In this document: positions 23,810 through 32,388 of the stretch, piece by piece
Numbering within the stretch: the first letter of the stretch is position 1
Layout of the letters: every line of letters starts with the position of its first letter
NCBI GenBank assembly: GCA_032718475.1
Contig: JAUCBJ010005145.1
Span: 1 to 36,043 of the forward strand
Source of the DNA: Nemertoderma westbladi
Lineage: Eukaryota > Animalia > Xenacoelomorpha
Length of the DNA: 36,043 nt
Direction of reading: 5' to 3'
Position numbers and translations under genes: made by a program
Notes under the pieces: model-generated
What the model saw: only the letters and a program-made list of their open reading frames with translations
The model's database searches: none
Told to the model about the DNA's origin: nothing

Positions 23810-25990
23810 CACAGACTATGCCTCACCGAGGCACAGACTATGCCTCACTGAGGCACTGAGGCACAGAATATGCCTCACTGAGGCACTGAGGCACAGACTA
23901 TGCCTTACTGAGGCACAGATTATGCCTCACTGAGGCACATACTATGCCTTACTGAGGCACTGATGACAGACTATGCCTCACTGAGGCACTGATGACAGAC
24001 TATGCCTCACTGAGGCACTGATGACAGACTATGCCTCACTGAGGCACTGATGCACAGACTATGCCTCGCTGAGGCACTGAGGCACAGACTATGCCTCACT
24101 GAGGCACAGACTATGCCTCACTGAGGCACAGACTATGCCTCACTGAGGCACTGAGGCACAGAATATGCCTCACTGAGGCACTGAGGCACAGACTATGCCT
24201 CACTGAGGCACAGAATATGCCACACTGAGGCACTGAGGCACAGACTATGCCTTACTGAGGCACAGACTATGCCTCACTGAGGCCCAGACTATGCCTCACT
24301 GAGGCACAGACTATGCCTCACTGAGGCACAGACTATGCCTCACTGAGGCACAGACTATGCCTCACTGTGGCACAGACTATGCCTCACTGAGGCACGACTA
24401 TGCCTCACTGAGTCACGACTATGCCTCACTGAGGCACAGACTATGCCTCACTGAGGCACTGAGGCACAAACTATGCCTCACTGAGGCACAGACTATGCCT
24501 CACTGAGGCACAGACTATGCCTCACAAGGCACAGACTATGCCTCACTGAGGCACAGACTGTGCCTCACTAAGGCACTGAGGCACAGACTATGCCTCACTG
24601 AGGCACAGACTATGCCTCACTGAGGCACAGACTATGCCTCACTGAGGCACAGAATATGCCTCACCGACGCACTGAGGCGCAGACTATGCCTCACTGAGGC
24701 ACAGAATATGCCACACTGAGGCACTGAGGCACAGACTATGCCTTACTGAGGCACAGACTATGCCTCACTGAGGCCCAGACTATGCCTCACTGAGGCACAG
24801 ACTATGCCTCACTGAGGCACAGACTATGCCTCACTGAGGCACAGACTATGCCTCACTGTGGCACAGACTATGCCTCACTGAGGCACGACTATGCCTCACT
24901 GAGGCACAGACTATGCCTCACTGAGGCACAGACTATGCCTCACTGAGGCACAGACTATGCCTCACTGAGGCACAGACTATGCCTCACTGAGGCACAGACT
25001 ATGCCTCACTGAGGCACAGACTGTGCCTCACTAAGGCACTGAGGCACAGACTCTGCCTCACTGAGGCACAGACTATGCCTCCCTGAGGCACAGACTATGC
25101 CTCACTGAGGTACAGACTATGCCTCACTGAGGTACAGACTATGCCTCACTGAGGCTCAGACTATGCCTCACTGAGGCATGCCTCACTCAGGCAGACTGTG
25201 CCTCACTGAGGCATTGAGGCACAGACTATGCCTCACTGAGGCACAGACTATGCCTCACTGAGGCACAGACTATGCCTCACTGAGGCTCAGACTATGCCTC
25301 ATTGAGGAATTGAGGCACAGACTATGCCTCACTGAGGCACAGACTATGCCTCACTGAGGCACAGACTATGCCTCACTGAGGCACAGACTATGCCTCACTG
25401 ATGCACTGAGGCACAGACTATGCCTCACTGATGCACTGAGGCACAGACTATGCCTCACTGAGGCACAGACTATGTCTCACTGAGGCACAGGCTATGCCTC
25501 ACTAAGGCACAGACTATGCCTCACTGAGGCACAGAATATGCCTCACTGAGGCACAGAATATGCCTCACTGAGGCACAGAATATGCCTTACTGAGGCACAG
25601 ACTATGCCTCACTGTGGCACTGATGCACAGACTATGCCTCACTGAGCCACTGAGGCACAGACTATGCCTCACTGAGGCACAGACTATGCCTCACTGAGGC
25701 ACAGACTTTGCCTCACTGAGGCACAGACTATGCCTCACTGAGGCACTGAGGCACAGACTATGCCTCACTGAGGCACTGAGGCACAGACTATGCCTCACTG
25801 AGGCACAGACTATGCCTCACTGAGGCATTGAGGCACAGACTATGCCTCATTAAGGCACTGAGGCACAGACTATGCCTCACTGAGGCATTGAGGCACAGAC
25901 TATGCCTCACTGAGGCATTGAGGCCCAGACTATGCCTCACTGAGGCACAGACTATGCCTCACTGAGGCACAGACTATGCCTCACTGAGGC
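23810..25990. repeat. 22-bp palindromic minisatellite (CAGACTATGCCTCACTGAGGCA)n with 30-bp variants, about 90 copies
   Basis: Directly visible 22-bp period. Each unit contains TGCCTCA-C-TGAGGCA, and variant units add an extra CTGAGGCA. Confidence 0.98.
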
Positions 25991-26380
25991 TCAGATTAAG
26001 GGTCTAAGGCCTTCAAGCTGATCATTTGCTTAGTTTTCTAATTAGAAGGTAGTGAGTTCGAACCCTAGAAGAGCATTATTCTTTTTTCCTAGCTATTGGC
26101 TGACTCTAGTGTACACTAGCTTTGACTCTCCCAGCTATAGTGATAGTATGCAACCTTGGGAGTTAACGCGGTGTCTTATGAGTAAAGGCCAAGAGATTAG
26201 ACTTCAGGTTGCCTCTGGTGGTTCACTCTTCTTAACTTTACAAAAGAGTTTGCAGGCGCAGGTTAAAATCCAACTAAAGCTCTATATATTTTGCACTGAA
26301 GTGGAATACTTTAGATGCTGGGGGAATCTGGTTTGCGAGGGATATTTGAAAGGTGAGTATAACTTTCCTTCGGAGTTAGC

Positions 26381-26545
26381 GTGACGTTATCTTACCATGG
26401 ATGGGCTTTACCACTGTACTCGCATCTGCTCTATCATTGGCTGCCTAACTCACCCTTGCGCTCTGATTGGATAATCCATTCTAGCCTCCCTCCTTCTAGC
26501 CATTCTATAATAGCCCCCGTTCACCGCATTCCCATTCATTCTCTA
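26381..26545 (+). promoter_or_regulatory. Putative Pol II promoter of the cargo gene
   Basis: TGACGT at 26382, inverted CCAAT boxes (ATTGG) at 26436 and 26466, TATAAT at 26506, and an initiator-like TCATTC at 26536 about 30 bp downstream. The ATG is at 26652. Confidence 0.5.
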
Positions 26546-26651
26546 ATTTTTATTTTTAAAAGTTGTATTTATTTTCATAAAAGTTTTATTTATTTAAAAT
26601 TTGTAAATTCATTTAGCGAAATTCAATACTATCAATTGACATTGCTATATA

Positions 26652-27353
26652 ATGCATAGAGATGAAAGATGTTCGGTTTGTACTAAAGAAATGAGACAAG
26701 ACAATCTATCTCGTCATATGGAAAGACATAGAAAGGATAAACTAATGGATCCGTTACCAAAAAAATTTAAAAAATCCGAAGATATTTTTAGTGAAGATGA
26801 AAAGAAAAAGAGAGATGAGCGTGATATATTAAAGATGAAACAGACAATGGAAAATAAATTTCATAAAGTTATGAATATTTCGAAATGGATACAAAAACAG
26901 TTACCCCTAGAAAATGAAGAAAATTTGAGTTAGAAAGATGAAGAAGAAGAGGACGATAAGGTGGAGAATGAAAATAGTGAGGGTCAAGATGAAGTTGAAG
27001 AGAGTGAAGTTGAGAACGAAGAAAGTGAAGATCAGGAAGAGGATGAAGAAAGTGAAGGTCAGGAAGGGCGTGAAGAAAGCGAAGGTCAGGAAGAGAATGA
27101 AGAAAGTGAAGAACAGGAAGAGGATGAAGAAAGTGAAGAACAGGATGAGGATGAAGAAAGTGAAGAAAATAAAGAGGTGACATTGACCCAAGTTCTAAGA
27201 AGTAAAATTAAATTACAGAAATTTATTAAACATTTAGAAGAGCATGATGAAAATAAGGAAGAGTTATTGAGGCAAATATTAGTAACCAAAATCAAATGCG
27301 GAAATTTATTAAACAAATGGAAGAAAATGAAGAAAATAGAGAAGAGACATTAA
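26652..27353 (+). pseudogene. C2H2 zinc finger / charged helical / Glu-rich protein (~233 codons) interrupted by one in-frame TAG at 26931-26933
   Basis: ORFs 26652-26933 and 26961-27353 are in the same frame, and the codons between them read KDEEEEDDK, continuing the acidic tract. N-terminal CSVCTKEMRQDNLSRHMERH fits C-x2-C-x12-H-x3-H-like spacing. 27-bp repeats encode EESE(D/G/E)QEE(D/N). Confidence 0.7.
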
Positions 27354-28218
27354 TACAAAGACAGCGCGTTAACTCCCAAGGTTGCATACTATCACTATAG
27401 CTGGAAGAGTCAAAGCTAGTGTACACTAGATAGAGTCAGCCAAGACCTAGAAAAACGAATAATGCTCTTCTAGGGTTCAAACTCACGCCTTCTAATTAGA
27501 AAACTAAGCAAATGATAAGCTTGAAGGCCTTAGACCCTTAATCTGAGCCTCAGTGCCTCAGATACTATCACGAGGCTTTAGGAGTGCCTCAGGTCATAAA
27601 TCCGAGTCATTAGCGGCAGACTGGAGAACTGCGGGTCGATCAACCTCCTCGGTAAAGTATAGCCTATGCCATAGTAGATGTCTACCAAGTTTCAGCCTAA
27701 TTGGTTTAAAAACAATAAAATAAGATCAGGTTTTCACTTTGATACATTTCACCCTCTAGCGGCAGACTGTCGAACTTCAGACTACTCTGCGACTCCGTAA
27801 AAGATATAGCCTATGCCGTAGTAGATGCCTACCGAGTTTAAACCTAATCGGAATGAAAATAACAAAGTTAGAGAAGATGTTAATTTTCAGATAATACGCC
27901 CGCTAGCGGCAGACTATAGAACTGCAGCCGGCTGGATATAAATAGGTAAGAGTAATTAGTAATCAGAGGTGTCACGAGAGGGGACAGGGTGCTTGGATAC
28001 AACTCATATTAAAAACCTGCTGCTTGTGTAAAGCTAATTGGGGGTCAAAGGTCAATGATAACGCTGTCTTGATATAGATAAGAGTAATTAGTTACCAGTA
28101 AGGGCTAAGTATAACGAGATGAAAGTCAATAAAATTAAATACAAATAATTAATTAAAATTAAATACAAATAAATAAGTATTAATAAATAAAAGAGCCGCG
28201 GTGTCACTTATGACACCC

Positions 28219-28499
28219 TTTGCACGGCTCGGTGACACTTGGACAACACTCATGAGTCATGACCCATTGTGTGTCAGGGCGCTAATCGGCCTGATTAATT
28301 AGGATAATCAATTAAACCCTAATTAGGAGTCGTAAGACACCTATTAGGGATTAAATGTACTAATTAATTGATGACACCAGTCAATTAGGGTCTAATTAGG
28401 AGGTGTCACCCAGACAGACTGGCGCCAATGACATCCTATGGGTGCTATGACTCATCGATGAGTCATGAGTTGGGTCCAAGTGTCATCGAGCCGTGCAAA
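28219..28499. mobile_element. ~280-bp MITE with ~40-bp imperfect TIRs
   Basis: TTTGCACGGCTCGGTGACACTTGGAC at the left end versus GTCCAAGTGTCATCGAGCCGTGCAAA at the right end. The interior is rich in CTAATTAG and ATGAGTCAT palindromes. No clear TSD. Confidence 0.75.
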
Positions 28500-28520
28500 C
28501 TATTACTACAACTATTCAAT

Positions 28521-28562
28521 ATATATGTATTTATATGTATGTATGTATGTATATATGTATAT
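28521..28562. repeat. Imperfect (TATG/TA)n microsatellite
   Basis: atatatgtatttatatgtatgtatgtatgtatatatgtatat. Confidence 0.8.
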
Positions 28563-29980
28563 CAGGTGAACCTATCCGAAGCTATAGCGCATCCGTCAAT
28601 GAAAGTTATATCAATCGACGCTGCTCAACTCCAGGATGTGGAAAAAAGGTTTCTAAAAAATTATTAAAGTGTCTATTTTTATTTCCAAAAATAGCCACAA
28701 AACACGAAAATTGCCATAGACTCAATGATAGTAACCAGCTTCTGGTGCTCATGATGGCCTAGTAAGCTACTATTGATTGAATGGATAGGCCCAAAGGGCA
28801 GAGAAGTATATTACTTGCCAAGTTTATTACTACCTCACTCTAACCCAGACAGTGAGAAAAAAACAACTGTAAGTTTGTTACGTATTATTCCGCCAGCTGA
28901 ATTGCTCTTCCCAGTGAATCCTATGGGAATATCTATATGTTACACGCTGCTATTTTTGGAGGGAGACCAGCTGATTGAATTAGCATTAATTAGCTGATTG
29001 AATCAGCTGATTAAACTGGGCCGTTCAAATGTTATATAGTTAATAATTATGACATGTAGGGGCTGCTATTACTTTTTTCAGACTGTAAGCTGGGACGCAA
29101 CTACACCACGTTTGTCTATGGACGGCCTTCTTATAGCCAGCTTGTTGGCTTTCCTGTTATGTCAACTTATAAACACTCCATTATATTATTATTTAGTTAG
29201 GAATATTGATAAATTAATATCCAATTACGCAATTAATTTGCATTTACTAAATCAAATGTGCAGACAATTTCAAACATAGCATACAATGGGAATGATTTGC
29301 ACTAGAACAATTGAGAGTACACAAGACGTTTACCGGATGTTAAATGTATCAAAGTAATTGATTACATCGCGACGTTACTAGAATATAACCTGTGGGTTAA
29401 AAATATGACATAATGAAACAATACTGATTTTCCTTAAATATCTAACTCACATCGGCAAAGCGAGTGGCCCTTGTCTCTGTAACCTGTTCGTTTACCTATA
29501 TAATTACACGAAGTGGGGCCTTCGCGCAGCACGTGACTTAAATTTAATTTAAGTACTAATTCGAAAGTATTACTGTATTAGCAAATTTTAAGCAGATTTC
29601 GCCTAATCACTTTTTACCTCTTTCATTTCTATTCAGACATTTCTGACTCTAGCGGTATAGTGAGAACTGAAGATGGATTAGGGTCTCCAGCCCCACAAAG
29701 ACACAGCCTATGGATGAATAGTACATACGTACATCGGCCAAGTTTCATCTTGAATAACGGATAACGAAATGAGAGACGGATCTCACTTTCAGAAATTTCG
29801 TCGTATAGCGGCAGACCGATTAAATCTCCCCCCCCCCCACAAAGACGCAGCATGTGGTCCAGAATATATGGCAAGATTCAGCTTAAACTGATTAAAATCA
29901 ATGAGACGGGAGAATCTATTCACTTTCAGGCATAAAGTAGTCCTATAGCGGGTGACTGTTGAACTGATTTTCAACAAAAC

Positions 29981-30675
29981 AAATTTTCAACTTGGCAGCT
30001 TTAAATTCGACAAAGTTATAAGCATGTCAATATCATAACGACGACAACGATTTCACTTTCAGACCTTTGGCCCTCTAGCGGCAGACTGGAGAACTGCAGA
30101 TGGATTCGCCTCCTTTGAAAGTCACAGCTAATGGTCTAATACATATCTGCCAAGTTTCAGCTTAAACGGATTAAAAGCAAAGAAATGGGAGGGCATTTAA
30201 TGTTTAGACATGTGGCCCTCTAGCGGGAGACCATTGCACTGATGGTGTCTGAAAGTCTCTCAAAAATCTCAACTTTAGCTCATATTGATACCTAGAAATT
30301 TTCAACTTGGCAGCTTTAAATCCGACAAAGTTATTAGCATGTCAAAATCGTAACGACGACAACGATTTCACTTTCAGACCTTTGGCCCTCTAGCGGCAGA
30401 CTGGAGAACTGCAGATGGATTCGCCTCCTTTGAAAGTCACAGCTAATGGTCTAATACATATCTGCCAAGTTTCAGCTTAAACGGATTAAAAGCAAAGAAA
30501 TGGGAGGGCATTTAATGTTTAGACATGTGGCCCTCTAGCGGGAGACCATTGCACTGATGGTGTCTGAAAGTCTCTCAAAAATCTCAACTTTTGCTCATAT
30601 TGATACCTACAAATTTTCAACTTGGCAGCTTTAAATCCGACAAAGTTATTAGCATGTCAAAATCGTAACGACGAC
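29981..30675. repeat. 315-bp tandem duplication (about 2.2 copies)
   Basis: AAATTTTCAACTTGGCAGCTTTAAAT starts at 29981, 30296 and 30611, and the copies are nearly identical. Confidence 0.95.
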
Positions 30676-30703
30676 GACGACGACAACGACGACGACGACG
30701 ACA
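30668..30703. repeat. (ACG)n microsatellite
   Basis: acgacgacgacgacgacaacgacgacgacgacgaca. Confidence 0.95.
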
Positions 30704-31619
30704 ACTATTTGCATAAATTGACCCACCCTCTAACAGTGTCAATTCGCTAAGGCTCCGCCAACTTCGTGGCTCGCCCCACATATTATTTACAATTTAAAAT
30801 TAGAAATACACCGCTTCACACTTTGTAGGGCATTGTTTATTTACATGCCTTCCGCTACCATACATGGAAGATGGAACCTTACCATTTTGCACGTAATGGA
30901 GTATTTGAATTTGAATGGATATCACACTCGGAATTGTTATAAGTTGCTTTTTTTAAATAAAAACAAATATTTTCCATAATTACAACCAGATAAATACAAA
31001 CCTGAAAAATTTGTAAATATTTGAAAAATATATTTTACGTTTGCTTTCAAATTCACAATAGCATTGCAAGCAATAGAAAGTCGTTCGATATTTTCGGACA
31101 ATATTACAACTCAGCACACCTCATTTACCATCGCGATTGCTTATGTGTATAAATACCCTGCTGATTACTAGCATGATACTGTGTTGTAAGAAAGGAGAGC
31201 CTGTTAGCACTCCCCTGGGTAAGGACGGATTGGGTCTAGCGACCACCCCCTTGCGTTCAACACGCATCAGGCATAAAACGCCACTTACTTTGTGGCATTG
31301 CATATTTTTTACAGCATCTTTTGTTAGCGGTAATTGCGGTTTCTGTTCTGGCCAATGAATGGATAAATTATGGTTAACGTATTTAAGTAATCTGCCTCCG
31401 CTTTGCAGGATATTGCTTTCGTCGTGCTCGAGTGGAAACCAGCATGGACTGGACAGCCCTTGACTTTCTTGAGACCCACCCCTCCCCACTCTATCTTAAG
31501 GAGACTGCATTTGAAGATGTAGATAGTCTCGCGAAAGTCATTGTGGGAAAGGGAGTGGAGGCGGTATAATTTTGTCGACAAGCCGGCTTAGCATGCTTAA
31601 TGCAAACTGTATGTATTGC

Positions 31620-31725
31620 AGTTTGCCGATTGTGGTCTGTATGGTGGCAGCATAAATTGATTGTTAAGCCGACATGGTATGTGCAGCTGCAATGCAGCAG
31701 TCTGATTGTGTAGTAGTAACGATGT
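31620..31725 (-). pseudogene. Possible decayed GIY-YIG endonuclease fragment (Penelope-like element?)
   Basis: YYYTIRLLHCSCTYHVGLTINLCCHHTDHN resembles Y-x-I-x-C-x2-C-x3-Y-V-G-x-T-x2-L-x2-R-x3-H. This is a motif resemblance only. Confidence 0.3.
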
Positions 31726-31967
31726 AGGTTCTTACCTTGCCACATGACTTGGTCTACCTGACCATGGTACAATGTCAACAGACCCAGAACAACATAATAT
31801 GATAATCTAATGTACCGAGATACTGACTAATGGAGATATGACTAACCAGAACAACATGACCGCCCCAAACCAATCAGTCAGCGCGCGCTCCAAAGTTAGT
31901 TATAGACTCGTTACGGAATAGTTCCATACAGAAAACTAATCTTTACGCCAATACTTGCAAAACAACC

Positions 31968-31977
31968 TTTATTTATT
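31968..31977 (-). terminator. Putative EEF1G polyadenylation signal (overlapping AATAAA x2)
   Basis: Plus-strand tttatttatt, about 250 nt downstream of the stop codon. Confidence 0.55.
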
Positions 31978-32223
31978 CCATATCAATAAAACCTCTTTCT
32001 GCTTCATGATATTTAAGTTACACCTTTATATGTTAATAATAGGAACTAAATCCGACCCGGCGTTATTCACCTCCCAACACTACAGGACCGGTATAAATCG
32101 TTACTCCCAGCACAAAATATATAGCCAACTAAAACCTCTCGTAATTAGACTAGTCGCCTAACAGTTCGCGTGATAGACGCAGACAGTCTCAACCAGATAG
32201 CAGCAGCCTACCGGTATCCCGGA

Positions 32224-32388
32224 TTACTTAAACACCCTGCCGACATTGTATCTCTCGCTCTCGGGGAATTCGAACCGGAAGTAGCTGTCAACCAGCTGTT
32301 TAGTAGATTCCGCTTCCGGTTCCAACTTGGTCCACTTATAGGAAGAGAAATCGGTCTGCCAGTTGTCGTCTTTCTCAAAAATCAGATC
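32224..32388 (-). CDS. EEF1G: EEF1G coding exon 4 (last)
   Basis: Acceptor TTCTTATTTTAG|GAT; DLIFEKDDNWQTDF...YNVGRVFK followed by TAA. Confidence 0.9.
   Translation of the reverse strand, partial: DLIFEKDDNWQTDFSSYKWTKLEPEAESTKQLVDSYFRFEFPESERYNVGRVFK

Larger units (their letters stand above)
23010..28104. mobile_element. 5.1-kb foldback element with long inverted arms (left 23010-26177, right 27358-28104) and a 1.18-kb cargo loop; CCC...GGG termini, possible 2-bp TSD CT (CMC/EnSpm-like ends)
   Basis: The start CCCTTACTGGTAACTAATTACTCTTATCTATATC is the reverse complement of the end GATATAGATAAGAGTAATTAGTTACCAGTAAGGG. Inverted homology continues through the whole 747-bp right arm, including the inner pair 25983-26177/27358-27551. 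Flanks are ct|CCC and GGG|ct. No transposase is present. The superfamily call is tentative. Confidence 0.85.
29503..30787 (-). mobile_element. Non-autonomous Helentron-like (HINE/DINE-1-type) element
   Basis: Short subterminal inverted repeats GTGGGGC (29513)/GCCCCAC (30773) and CACGAAGT (29507)/ACTTCGTG (30761). Stem-loop CGAAG-TGGGGC-CTTCG at 29509-29524. (GTC)n microsatellite near the other end, internal tandem repeats, AT-rich flanks and no TSD. Confidence 0.6.

Noticed and set aside
23810-25990. CRISPR-like palindromic repeat with short spacers
   Set aside because: The 7-bp linker (CAGACTA) is essentially constant, so this is a minisatellite.
26869-27316. Lys/Arg-rich protamine-like ORF (26938-27180) and Phe/Leu/His/Ser-rich antisense ORFs
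   Set aside because: These are alternative frames of the GAA-rich acidic repeat. The acidic frame is the one continuous with the zinc-finger ORF.
23010-28104. piggyBac or Polinton assignment
   Set aside because: No TTAA TSD despite the CCC ends, no AG-type termini or 6-bp TSD, and no integrase, polymerase or capsid ORFs.
28910-29020. Mini-element with CCCAGT...ACTGGG ends and CAGCTG repeats
   Set aside because: The inverted match is too short and there is no TSD.
31250-31280. Hammerhead ribozyme core on the minus strand (CTGATGCG...)
   Set aside because: It lacks the conserved CUGANGA and GAAA core elements.
31409-31569. Plus-strand terminal exon after CTTTGCAG (YCFRRARVETSMDW...VEAV*)
   Set aside because: No recognisable homology and no upstream partner exons identified.
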